Shown piece after piece: positions 17,316 to 26,744 of a stretch of DNA of 64,000 bases; the stretch's first letter is position 1; the number at the start of each line of letters is the position of its first letter. A program made the position numbers and the translations under genes. The notes under the pieces were generated by a model. The model saw only the letters and a list, made by a program, of their open reading frames with translations, searched no databases and was not told where the DNA came from. This stretch comes from Pseudomonadota bacterium (GTDB taxonomy: Bacteria > Pseudomonadota > Alphaproteobacteria > Rhizobiales > Pleomorphomonadaceae): assembly GCA_018262505.1 (NCBI GenBank), contig JAGSYV010000037.1, positions 2,322-66,321 of the forward strand, in the 5' to 3' direction.

Positions 17316-20098
17316 CGGCGCGGTCCGATAGCGACGCGGCGGGCGGGGTCGCGGTGCGGGTGCGGTCGCTGAGCCACGCCTTCAAGAAAACGCGCGCGCT
17401 TGACGACATCACGCTGGAGGTGAAGGCCGGCTGCGTCGTCGGCCTGATCGGGCCGGATGGCGTCGGCAAGTCGACGCTGCTGTCGCTGATCGCCGGCGCG
17501 CGCAAGGCGCAGACGGGAGAGGTCTTCGCCCTCGGCGCCGACATGCGCAAGGCGCGCCAGCGCGGCAAGGTGGGGCCGCGCATCGCCTACATGCCGCAAG
17601 GGCTCGGCAAGAACCTCTATCCGACGCTGTCGGTGTTCGAGAATGTCGACTTCTTCGGCCGCCTGTTCGGGCATGCCCATGAGGAGCGCGAGCGGCGCAT
17701 CGACGAGCTTCTGAAGAGCACTGGCCTCCAGGCCTTCGCCGACCGCCCGGTCGGCAAGCTCTCCGGCGGCATGAAGCAGAAGCTCGGCCTGTGCTGCGCC
17801 CTGATCCACGATCCGGACCTCCTCATCCTTGACGAGCCGACCACCGGCGTCGATCCATTGGCCCGCCGCCAGTTCTGGGACCTCATCGGCCAGATCCGCA
17901 AGAGCCGGCCCGGCATGGCCGTCATCGTCGCCACCGCCTACATGGAGGAAGCGGCCGGCTTCGACCAGCTGGTGGCGATGGACGCGGGGCGGGTGCTGGC
18001 CGTCGCCAGCCCGGTGGAGCTGCAGGACCGCACCGGGACCATGTCGCTGGATGCCGCCTTCATCGCTCTCCTGCCCGAGGAAAAGCGCCGGAATCATCGC
18101 AAGGTGGAGATACCGCCGCGCCAGGCCGATGGCGAGGAGGCGGCGATCGAGGCCGAGGGGCTGACCATGCGCTTTGGCGACTTCACGGCGGTCGACCACG
18201 TCAGCTTCCGCATTCCGCGCGGCGAGATCTTCGGCTTTCTCGGCTCCAACGGCTGCGGCAAGACCACCACGATGAAGATGCTGACCGGCCTCCTGCCGGC
18301 CAGCGAGGGCAGGGCACGACTGTTCGGGCACGCGGTCGATCCCCACGACATCAACACGCGCAAGCGTGTCGGCTACATGTCGCAATCCTTCTCGCTCTAT
18401 TCGGAACTGACGGTGCGGCAGAACCTCGATTTGCACGCCCGGCTCTATCACCTGCCCTCCGAAGCCATCGGCGCTCGCATCGACGAGATGGCCGCACGCT
18501 TCGGGCTGACCGACGTCCTGGACGCGTTGCCCGACGCGTTGCCGCTCGGCGTCACCCAGCGCCTGTCGCTGGCCGTGGCGATGATCCATGCGCCGGAAAT
18601 CCTGATCCTCGACGAGCCGACCTCCGGTGTCGATCCGATCGCTCGCGACACGCTGTGGCGGAGCTTCATCGAGCTGTCGCGCCAGGATGGCGTCACCATC
18701 TTCATCTCCACCCACTTCATGAATGAGGCGGAGCGCTGCGACCGCATTTCGCTGATGCATGCCGGCAAGGTGCTGGTCAGCGACACGCCGGTCGCCATCG
18801 TGGACAAGCGCGGCAGTGCCGACCTCGAGGACGCCTTCGTCAGCTATCTGGAAGAGGAGATCACGGCGGAGACGGGCGGATCGATGGGGACGGGACGCGA
18901 GCCGGAACCTGCGCCGTCCGACATCGGGCAGATGGTGATTGCGCACGCGGCCACGTCCGGGCGACGGCGCCTGTTCGATCCACGCCGCGTCCTGAGCTAC
19001 GCCCGGCGCGAAACGCTGGAGCTCAGGCGCGATCCGATCCGCGCCACCTTCGCCCTGTTCGGCAGTCTCGTCCTGCTGTTCGTCTTGGGCTACGGCATCA
19101 GCATGGACGTCGAGGAGTTGCCGTTTGCCGTCCTCGACTACGACCAGACCACTCTCAGCCGTGACTATACGCTGGATATTTCGAGCTCGCGCCAGTTTAC
19201 CGAACGCCCCGCCATCGTCGACCCGGCCGACATGGACCGGCGCCTGCGCAGCGGCGAGCTCAGCCTCGCCATCGAAATCCCGCCCGGCTTCGCCCGCGAG
19301 GTGTCGGCCGGCCGCAAGGTGGAAATCAGCGCCTGGATCGATGGCGCCATGCCTGGGCGGGCGGAGACGGCGCAAGGCTACGTCCAGGGGTTGCATGCTG
19401 ATTGGCAGACCCGGCAGGCGCGCGAGGCCCTTGGCGAGCGGGCGCTGGCCGGCGATTTTCAACTGGAAACCCGCTTCCGCTACAACCCGGCGATCGAAAG
19501 CCTCGTCGCCATGGTGCCCGCCGTCATCGGGCTGGTGCTGATGTTCATTCCGGCCATGCTGACCACGCTGTCGATCACTCGGGAGAAGGATCTCGGCTCC
19601 ATCGTCAACTTCTATGTCACGCCGGTCACCCGGCTCGAGTTCCTGCTCGGCAAGCAGTTGCCCTATGTCGCGCTGTCCATGATCAACTTCGTGACGCTGA
19701 CGGCCTTTGCGATCCTGGTGCAGCGCGTTTCCTTCACCGGCAGCATGCCGGCCTTCGCCGTCGCCGCGCTGTTCTATGTGGTCGCCACCACCGGGCTCGG
19801 CCTCGTCATCTCCACCTTCATGAAGAGTCAGATCGCCGCGATCTTCCTCAGCACCATCGCCACCATGCTGCTGTCGGTGCAGTATTCCGGAATGATCGAC
19901 CCGATCGCCTCCATGGAGGGCAGCGCCGCCACGATCGGTGCACTCAATCCGGCGAGCTATTTCATCACCATTGCCCGCGGCACATTTTCCAAGGGGCTGG
20001 GCTTTGCCGACCTGGGGCCGTCTTTTTTGGGCCTCGTCGTCGCCGGGCCGATCCTTCTCGGTCTCAGTGTCATATTCCTCAAGAAACAGGCGAGCTGA
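17312..20098 (+). CDS. rbbA: Ribosome-associated ATPase/ABC transporter RbbA (two ATPase domains plus permease)
   Basis: Walker A GPDGVGKS and GSNGCGKT, two LDEPT Walker B motifs, C-terminal ABC-2 membrane domain; yhiI-rbbA-yhhJ order. Confidence 0.92.
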   Translation: MTARSDSDAAGGVAVRVRSLSHAFKKTRALDDITLEVKAGCVVGLIGPDGVGKSTLLSLIAGARKAQTGEVFALGADMRKARQRGKVGPRIAYMPQGLGKNLYPTLSVFENVDFFGRLFGHAHEERERRIDELLKSTGLQAFADRPVGKLSGGMKQKLGLCCALIHDPDLLILDEPTTGVDPLARRQFWDLIGQIRKSRPGMAVIVATAYMEEAAGFDQLVAMDAGRVLAVASPVELQDRTGTMSLDAAFIALLPEEKRRNHRKVEIPPRQADGEEAAIEAEGLTMRFGDFTAVDHVSFRIPRGEIFGFLGSNGCGKTTTMKMLTGLLPASEGRARLFGHAVDPHDINTRKRVGYMSQSFSLYSELTVRQNLDLHARLYHLPSEAIGARIDEMAARFGLTDVLDALPDALPLGVTQRLSLAVAMIHAPEILILDEPTSGVDPIARDTLWRSFIELSRQDGVTIFISTHFMNEAERCDRISLMHAGKVLVSDTPVAIVDKRGSADLEDAFVSYLEEEITAETGGSMGTGREPEPAPSDIGQMVIAHAATSGRRRLFDPRRVLSYARRETLELRRDPIRATFALFGSLVLLFVLGYGISMDVEELPFAVLDYDQTTLSRDYTLDISSSRQFTERPAIVDPADMDRRLRSGELSLAIEIPPGFAREVSAGRKVEISAWIDGAMPGRAETAQGYVQGLHADWQTRQAREALGERALAGDFQLETRFRYNPAIESLVAMVPAVIGLVLMFIPAMLTTLSITREKDLGSIVNFYVTPVTRLEFLLGKQLPYVALSMINFVTLTAFAILVQRVSFTGSMPAFAVAALFYVVATTGLGLVISTFMKSQIAAIFLSTIATMLLSVQYSGMIDPIASMEGSAATIGALNPASYFITIARGTFSKGLGFADLGPSFLGLVVAGPILLGLSVIFLKKQAS

Positions 20099-20100
20099 CC

Positions 20101-21213
20101 ATGCTGATGTCCAACATCTGGCGGCTCGGCCTCAAGGAACTCTGGAGCCTGCTGCGTTCCCCGGCTCTGATGGTGCTGATCGCCGCGTCCTTCACGATCC
20201 AGATCTACGCGGCGGCCACGGCAACGCCCTTCACGCTCAACAAGGCGCCGATCTCCATCGTCGACGAGGACGTGTCGCCGCTGTCGGCGCGCATCGCGTC
20301 GGCCTTCTACCAGCCCTATTTCAACCCGCCCGAGTTCATCGGCCTCACGGACATGAACCGGCGCCTGGATGAGGGCATCGACACCTTTGCGCTGATCATC
20401 CCGCCGCATTTCCAGCGCGATCTCCTGGCCGGCAGCGAACCGGCGCTGCAGCTCAATGTCGACGCGACGCGCATCACCCAGGCCTTCACCGGAGCGGGCT
20501 ATGCCGAGGCCATCGTCGCCGGCGAGATCTCAGAATTTGCGCGCCATTATCGCGCCGAAGCGTCCTCGCCGGTCGACCTCGTGCTACGGGCGCGGTTCAA
20601 TCCGGAGCTCAATCCCGGCTGGTTCGGCGGTGCGATGGAGGTCGTGAACAACGTGGCGATGCTGTCGGTCATCCTGGCGGGTGCCGCGCTGATCCGCGAG
20701 CGGGAGCGCGGCACGATCGAACACCTCCTGGTGATGCCCGTCACGCCGGCCGAGATCATGATCGGCAAGATTTGGCCGATGGTGCTGGTGGTGCTCGGCG
20801 CTGCGATGTTTTCCTTCCTCGTGGTGGTCGAGACATGGCTGTCGATCCCCCTCGCGGGCTCGCTCTGGCTTCTGATGCTGGGCGTGACGCTGCAGCTGTT
20901 CGCCTCCACCTCCTTCGGCATCTTCCTGGCGTCCATCGCCGGCTCGATGCCGCAGTTCGGCCTGCTGCTGGTTCTCGTGCTGTTTCCGCTGCAGATTCTG
21001 GCTGGTGGGCTGACGCCGATCGAGAACATGCCCCTTGTCCTGCGCTGGCTCATGCAGGCGACGCCGGACGCGCATTTCGTGTCGCTCTCCCAATCGATCC
21101 TGTTCCGTGGCGCCGGTCTCGAGACGGTCTGGCCACGGCTCCTCAGTCTCCTGGCGATCGGGCTCGCCCTGTTTTCTTTCTCGCTCTGGCGGTTCCGCAA
21201 GACGTTGCGATAG
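20101..21213 (+). CDS. yhhJ: ABC-2 permease (YhhJ-like)
   Basis: LGLKELWSL and LIRERERGTIEHLLVMPVT motifs. Confidence 0.9.
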   Translation: MLMSNIWRLGLKELWSLLRSPALMVLIAASFTIQIYAAATATPFTLNKAPISIVDEDVSPLSARIASAFYQPYFNPPEFIGLTDMNRRLDEGIDTFALIIPPHFQRDLLAGSEPALQLNVDATRITQAFTGAGYAEAIVAGEISEFARHYRAEASSPVDLVLRARFNPELNPGWFGGAMEVVNNVAMLSVILAGAALIRERERGTIEHLLVMPVTPAEIMIGKIWPMVLVVLGAAMFSFLVVVETWLSIPLAGSLWLLMLGVTLQLFASTSFGIFLASIAGSMPQFGLLLVLVLFPLQILAGGLTPIENMPLVLRWLMQATPDAHFVSLSQSILFRGAGLETVWPRLLSLLAIGLALFSFSLWRFRKTLR

Positions 21214-21358
21214 GCTCGGCGGTCAGCGCAGCCTCAGAGCATCGATGCACGCCGTGGCGCGAGAAGACGGCTTGCGGCGGTCTGTCATCGGTAAATCCCT
21301 CGGATTGGCGTTGCCGGTGTAAACCGGTAGCTTGGCAATTCTGGGTGGAGATCAACCG

Positions 21359-22555
21359 ATGGATGGGCTTGCTTACAAGTTGTTGACGGCCGGTGAATTC
21401 GAGTTTGCCGTCATTTCCATCGTGGCGGTCATCATGGCCGCCGGCTTCACCCTGATGCTTTACAGGCCAGCGTGGACCGTTTCTCGCTCGGCCTATTTCG
21501 CGACCTTATGTGTTTGCGTGGCAGCCGGTGAGCTGAGCTACTTGCTGCAATACCTGTTTCTCGATGCCCTCAAGCAGCGGCAACTCGGGCGTCTCGCCTT
21601 TGCCTATGTTCTGATCTGGTTGACCATCGGCGCCGTAACGGGCGTCATCTCCGCCGCCAGGTCATGGGACGCTTTCGGAACGATGGTCTGGTGGCCGCTG
21701 GCCTTCGTGCCATTCGCCAATCTGGCCCTGATATTCTACCCGTCGCGCCAGAACCGACCCGTGGGGAGAGGCCGACGGTTGAGCCACATCGTGCTGGTGG
21801 TCTGCGGACTTGTTCTGGTTGGATTGACCAGAGCCATCCCCGGCCCAGACGAGGACTATCTGGCCAATGTCAGCGCCCGGATGCAAACGGACACCGAGCT
21901 TCGCGACAATGCCATGATCTATGCGTCCGACAGCAAGGGACTGGAAGCGACCCTGAAGAGCATGGTGAAAGGCGTTCCATTGCCTGACAACGAGCTTTCC
22001 AGAATGCTCAGCATCGAAGTTCATGGCAACGTCATTGTGACCACGACGGAAGTCAAGGGTAGCAGCTTCGTTCTCGACGAGGTGTGGCGCGAGCAAAATA
22101 CTGAAAGACTGTGTCTTTCGAAAAATCAGGCGATGTTCATGAAGTTGGGCGCCACCCTGAAGAACGTATACCAGTCTTCGAGTGGCGAGAAACTCTCGGA
22201 GCTGACGATCAACACTGAAACCTGCAATGCTTGGCGTGCCAAAAAGGAAAAGGAAATCATTGCTGACGTCGAGGCGACGAAACTGTCCCAGAGACTCGAC
22301 AATATGGGAGCCATCACGGACGCGAGCTACAAGGACAAGACGGTGACCTACCGATATGCTCTCTACGCAGCTCCTCCGATGGACACCTGGAAAATGGCGA
22401 CCAAGGAAGCCATGTGCGACCAGGACAACTTCAAGCTCATGGTTCAGTTGGGAATGACGATCAGAGCTGAGTTCGAATTGGCTGTGACGGGTGGCGGAGT
22501 TCCACTCGACGTGATTGTCATGGACGCCACGTCCTGCCCGGCCGATCTGCCTTGA
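21359..22555 (+). CDS. Hypothetical membrane protein: DUF805-like TM region plus two repeated soluble domains
   Basis: Five hydrophobic segments incl. SAARSWDAFG..FVPFANLALIF, then two repeats with C..LGxT..C pattern; lower GC. Confidence 0.7.
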   Translation: MDGLAYKLLTAGEFEFAVISIVAVIMAAGFTLMLYRPAWTVSRSAYFATLCVCVAAGELSYLLQYLFLDALKQRQLGRLAFAYVLIWLTIGAVTGVISAARSWDAFGTMVWWPLAFVPFANLALIFYPSRQNRPVGRGRRLSHIVLVVCGLVLVGLTRAIPGPDEDYLANVSARMQTDTELRDNAMIYASDSKGLEATLKSMVKGVPLPDNELSRMLSIEVHGNVIVTTTEVKGSSFVLDEVWREQNTERLCLSKNQAMFMKLGATLKNVYQSSSGEKLSELTINTETCNAWRAKKEKEIIADVEATKLSQRLDNMGAITDASYKDKTVTYRYALYAAPPMDTWKMATKEAMCDQDNFKLMVQLGMTIRAEFELAVTGGGVPLDVIVMDATSCPADLP

Positions 22556-22637
22556 GGCAGGGCGATCGGCGTTGCCGCCTGTTCAAACCCGGCGGCGAGT
22601 GCGCTGCGTTCGGCCTCAGCGGGCTTCCAAGCGATCC

Positions 22638-22694
22638 TCAGGCCGTGGCGATGCGGCTGATGCCAGGATCAGGCACGTCGATGCCTTCGGCTTC
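22638..22694 (-). repeat. Orphan duplicate of the last 19 codons (incl. stop) of flbD
   Basis: Encodes EAEGIDVPDPGISRIATA* versus flbD EAEGIDVPDPGTSRIATA* (23244-23300); 47/57 nt identical. Confidence 0.92.
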
Positions 22695-22748
22695 AAACCA
22701 TCGCGAAGAAGGGGCCTGAAAGCAGCGGCTTGCACCGAAAGGTGCTTC

Positions 22749-23165
22749 CTAGTCTCTCAGGATGGCGTTCGCCAACCATGTGAGGCGAGCGTCCTGAGCT
22801 GCCAGATAGATGAAACTGTTCCAGTCATAGACGTAAATCGTATTCAAAAAAGATCCCTCCGGAACGGGTAGTTCGCGGATCGCCGAAGGAATGTGCTCAG
22901 CACCGTGAATGTCAATCCTGACCGATCCGGGGTGCCAGGCCAAGTAACCGGAACTCGGTGGCTCAATAATCCAGAATGCCAAACCTTCGAGGGTCAGCTC
23001 GGTCAAGCGATAGAGCTCACGCTCGTTTGGTTCCGCGTCCACTTCGCCCACAAAGACATCAAGCGTCAGGCTGGCTGTTCCTTCTTCATAATCAAGGATT
23101 GTTCTCTTGATCTCAGTGTCGTGAAAGCCATTGGGGAGTGTGCGGGCGAGCTCATACAGTGTCAT
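22749..23165 (-). CDS. Hypothetical protein (138 aa), low-GC cassette between the two flbD 3' ends
   Basis: MTLYELARTLPNGFHD..FIYLAAQDARLTW; composition looks like a globular protein. Confidence 0.7.
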   Translation of the reverse strand: MTLYELARTLPNGFHDTEIKRTILDYEEGTASLTLDVFVGEVDAEPNERELYRLTELTLEGLAFWIIEPPSSGYLAWHPGSVRIDIHGAEHIPSAIRELPVPEGSFLNTIYVYDWNSFIYLAAQDARLTWLANAILRD

Positions 23166-23243
23166 GCTGCCAAATCTCAGGCTTTTGTCCAACACTCTCG
23201 TTTGAAGCTGAAAGAAACGGGCGGCCGAGCCGCCCGCTTTGCT

Positions 23244-24617
23244 TTACGCCGTGGCAATCCGGCTCGTTCCCGGATCAGGCACATCGATGCCTTCGGCCTC
23301 GTATTCGTTGAGCTTGTTCCTGAGCGTGCGGATGGAGATGCCGAGGATCTTGGCGGCGTGGGTGCGGTTGCCGAGGCAGTGGTCGAGCGTGTCGAGAATG
23401 AGGTCGCGCTCCACTTCGGCCACAGTGCGGCCGACGAGGGCGCGCGTCACCGCTTCCGCCGTCTGGGCGGCGCGGATGGCCGGATCGGCCGAGCGCGGCA
23501 CGGCGGCCTCCATGCGGCCACCGTCTGGCAAGCGGATGGCCTCGACGCCGATCTCGATGCCGCTGGCGAGCAGCACGGCGCGATGAATGGTGTTCTCGAG
23601 TTCGCGAACGTTGCCCGGCCAGCGGGCGGCGATCAGCTCGCGCTTGGCATCGGCCGACAGCGGCCGCTCCGGCATGCCATTGATCTCGGCATACTTGCGG
23701 GCGAAATGCTCGGCCAGCGCCAGGATGTCGGCGGGACGGTCGCGCAGCGAGGGGATCTTCAGGTTGACGACGTTGAGGCGGTAGAGCAGGTCCTCGCGGA
23801 AGCGGCCTTCCTTGACGGCGTCGGTGAGGTTGCGGTTGGAGGTGGCGATGATGCGGATATCCACCGGCACCGGCTTGCCGCCGCCGACGCGGTCGATGAC
23901 CCGTTCCTGGATGGCGCGCAACAATTTGGCCTGCAGGCGAACGTCCATCTCGGAGATTTCGTCGAGCAGCAGCGTGCCGCCGGTGGCTTCCTCGAACTTG
24001 CCGATGCGGCGGGCGACGGCGCCGGTAAACGCGCCCTTCTCGTGGCCGAACAGTTCCGATTCCAGAAGGTTTTCCGGAATGGCGGCGCAGTTGACCGAGA
24101 CGAAGGGTTTGTCGACGCGGGCCGACTTGCGGTGGACGTAGCGGGCGAGCACTTCCTTGCCGGTGCCGCTCTCGCCGGTGATCAGGATCGACGCCTCGCT
24201 GGGCGCCACCTGGTCGGCGAGCTTCAGCACCGCCAGCATCGCCTCGTCGCGCACCACGAGGTCGCGACTGTCGGCGGCGACGGCGGCCAGCACGGCGGCG
24301 ATCAGCTCGGCATCCGGCGGCAGCGGAATATATTCCTTGGCGCCGGCCCGGATGGCGGCGACGGCCGCCTTGGCGTCGGTGGCGATGCCGCAGGCGACGA
24401 CGGGAACGTGGATGCGTTCCTCTTCCAGCGAGGTGATCAGCCGCTGGATCGGCAGCGACACGTCGATCATCACCAGATCGGCGCCGCGCCCCGAGCGCAG
24501 CGTCCTGAGGGCGGTCTCGATGGTGTCGGCCTGCAGCACCGACGCACCCTTGTCCATGGCGATGCGGGTGGCGGCGGTGAGCTGCCCGTTGAGCGAGCCG
24601 ACGATCAGAAGGCGCAT
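23244..24617 (-). CDS. flbD: Sigma54-dependent flagellar activator FlbD
   Basis: Receiver domain, GESGTGKE, GAFTGA, WPGNVREL and Fis HTH; last gene of the fliF operon. Confidence 0.92.
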   Translation of the reverse strand: MRLLIVGSLNGQLTAATRIAMDKGASVLQADTIETALRTLRSGRGADLVMIDVSLPIQRLITSLEEERIHVPVVACGIATDAKAAVAAIRAGAKEYIPLPPDAELIAAVLAAVAADSRDLVVRDEAMLAVLKLADQVAPSEASILITGESGTGKEVLARYVHRKSARVDKPFVSVNCAAIPENLLESELFGHEKGAFTGAVARRIGKFEEATGGTLLLDEISEMDVRLQAKLLRAIQERVIDRVGGGKPVPVDIRIIATSNRNLTDAVKEGRFREDLLYRLNVVNLKIPSLRDRPADILALAEHFARKYAEINGMPERPLSADAKRELIAARWPGNVRELENTIHRAVLLASGIEIGVEAIRLPDGGRMEAAVPRSADPAIRAAQTAEAVTRALVGRTVAEVERDLILDTLDHCLGNRTHAAKILGISIRTLRNKLNEYEAEGIDVPDPGTSRIATA

Positions 24618-24630
24618 GGTCTGTCTCCGG

Positions 24631-24970
24631 TCAACGCTCGGCCTTGACGATTTCCGTCATCGTCACGCCGAGCTTGTCTTCGACCAGCACCACTTCGCCA
24701 CGGGCGACAAGGCGGTCGTTGACGTAGATGTCGATGGCTTCGCCGACCTTGCGGCTCCAACACGGAGCCTGGAGCGAGCTGGAGGAGTTCGGCAACGCCG
24801 AGACGGGCGCGGCCGAGGATGGCCGAGACGCGCACGGGAACGTCGAACACCGCCTCGAGCTCGGCGGCCGAGCGGGTGATGGCCTGGTCTTCACCGTCGT
24901 CACCGGTGCGCCGGCGTTCGGCGACATGGGATTCGAGGTCGATGCCCGAGGTTTCGTCGGCGGGGGTCAT
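24631..24970 (-). pseudogene. fliN: Flagellar motor switch FliN with a frameshift near 24754
   Basis: ..VFDVPVRVSAILG..LAPGSVLE in one frame and RKVGEAIDIYVNDRLVARGEVV in another; the expected LELDRK lacks 5 nt. Confidence 0.9.
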
Positions 24971-25650
24971 GTGGCGGCTCCGCTCTTGGACGTGACGTCG
25001 GCCGGCTGAGCGGCCGGCAGATGATGGGCGATCGCCGCCTCGATGTTGGCGATGATGGCGGCGTGATCGAGCACAATACCACCGTCGGCCCACTCGATGC
25101 GACAGTCGCCGCGTGCCATGCCGGGTTCGCCCAGCACCACGAGGCGCCCCTCGAAGCCGCGTTCGGCGACGAGGCGCTTCAACTCGGCCTGGATCGGCTC
25201 GGCATCGACATCCGACAGACGGATGACGAGGTGGGGGGCGACGCGTAGCGGCGCAAAACAATCTTCCAACAGGCCTATGATGCGCTCGCGCGGTTGCCGG
25301 TCCACCAGCGAGCCGGCGATCTTGATGGCGACCGTTTCGGCAAGACGCATGGCATCGGCTTCGATGCGGGCGCGTTCGGTGTCGAGAACGGCGAGGATCG
25401 ACTGGGCGGCGCTGGCGAGGCGCTGGGCCTCGTCGGACAGGCGCGTGGCTTCGCGAGCGGTCCGGTCGGCCGCCTGCGCCTCGGCAGACTCGCGCCCGGC
25501 GACGAGGCCACGCTGATAGGCAGCCTCTTCGGCTTCGGCGAGACGCGCAAGATGCTCCGGCTCGGGAACCATCACGGTCGCCGGCACGCCTTCGGCGCGC
25601 GTCGGGGCCGAGAAGTCGTTGTCGAACAGGAAGCGGGCCGGTGCCGCCAT
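24967..25650 (-). CDS. fliH: Flagellar assembly protein FliH
   Basis: ARFLFDNDF N-terminus and GDCRIEWADGG; lies between fliG and fliN. Confidence 0.88.
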   Translation of the reverse strand: MAAPARFLFDNDFSAPTRAEGVPATVMVPEPEHLARLAEAEEAAYQRGLVAGRESAEAQAADRTAREATRLSDEAQRLASAAQSILAVLDTERARIEADAMRLAETVAIKIAGSLVDRQPRERIIGLLEDCFAPLRVAPHLVIRLSDVDAEPIQAELKRLVAERGFEGRLVVLGEPGMARGDCRIEWADGGIVLDHAAIIANIEAAIAHHLPAAQPADVTSKSGAAT

Positions 25651-25679
25651 CAGCGGATACTCCTTCGCGAGGATGCTCG

Positions 25680-26744
25680 TCACATGACGAGTTCGTCTTC
25701 GGACTTGTTCTTGGAAATCAGGATCTCGCCCTTGGCGGCGAGATCCTTGGCGAGATTGATGAGGGAGGCCTGGGCGTCGTCGACGTCGCGCAGGCGAACG
25801 GCGCCCATGGACTCCATATCCTCTTTTAGCATGCCGGCGGCACGCGCCGACATGTTTGCGAAGAAGAAGTCGCGAACGGCTTCCTTGGCGCCCTTCAGCG
25901 CCAGGGCCAGCTTGTCCTTCTCCACCTGGCGCAGCACGGTCTGGATGGCGCCGGCGTCGAGCTTGCCGAGGTCGTCGAAGGTGAACATCAGCGCCTTGAT
26001 GCGGTCGGCGGCGTCGCGGTTGTGTTCCTCGAGAGCGGCGATGAACTTCGCCTCGGTATTGCGGTCGAAGGAGTTAAAGATCTCGGCCATCAGTTCGTGG
26101 GCGTCACGGCGCTGGGTATTGGTCAGGTTCGACATGAACTCGACGCGCAGCGTCTGCTCGACCTTCTCAAGGATATCCTTCTGCACCGCTTCCATCTTCA
26201 GCATGCGGTCGACAACTTCGAGGGCGAACTCGTCGGGCAGCTTGGACAGGACGCGCGCTGCGTGGTCGGAATTGATCTTGGAGAGCACGACGGCGACGGT
26301 CTGCGGATATTCGTTCTTAAGATAGTTGGCGAGCACGGTTTCCTGCACGTTGGAGAGCTTCTCCCACATGTTGCGGCCGGCAGGTCCCCGGATCTCGTCC
26401 ATGATGGCGTTGACCTTGTCCTGCGGCAGCACGGCGAGCAGCAGGCGCTCGGTGGTGTCGTAGTTGCCCATCAGGGCGCCGGAGGACGAGACGCGGGTGA
26501 CGAACTCGATCATCAGATCGTCGAGCATGCTGGGGGTGATCGGCCCCAGCTTGGACATGGCGACGGAAAGCTGCTTGATCTCGATTTCGTCGAGCAGCTT
26601 CCAGATGGGACCGCCGTAGCGATCGCCGAGGGCAAGCATCATCACGGCGGCCTTCTCGGCGCCGTTCAGCGTGCGGTTCTCGCCGTCGGAGGAGATGGTG
26701 AGCGCGTTGCCTTTGGCGACCAGCGCGGTGGGGGACAGAGCCAT
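25680..26744 (-). CDS. fliG: Flagellar motor switch protein FliG
   Basis: [31 protein letters not shown] and NMSARAA motifs. Confidence 0.96.
   Translation of the reverse strand: MALSPTALVAKGNALTISSDGENRTLNGAEKAAVMMLALGDRYGGPIWKLLDEIEIKQLSVAMSKLGPITPSMLDDLMIEFVTRVSSSGALMGNYDTTERLLLAVLPQDKVNAIMDEIRGPAGRNMWEKLSNVQETVLANYLKNEYPQTVAVVLSKINSDHAARVLSKLPDEFALEVVDRMLKMEAVQKDILEKVEQTLRVEFMSNLTNTQRRDAHELMAEIFNSFDRNTEAKFIAALEEHNRDAADRIKALMFTFDDLGKLDAGAIQTVLRQVEKDKLALALKGAKEAVRDFFFANMSARAAGMLKEDMESMGAVRLRDVDDAQASLINLAKDLAAKGEILISKNKSEDELVM

Noticed and set aside
11801-23243. Prophage, integron or anti-phage defence island
   Set aside because: No integrase, phage structural genes, attC-like repeats or recognisable defence domains
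24631-24970. Programmed ribosomal frameshift in fliN
   Set aside because: No slippery sequence at the junction and two conserved residues (LD) are physically missing, which fits a deletion
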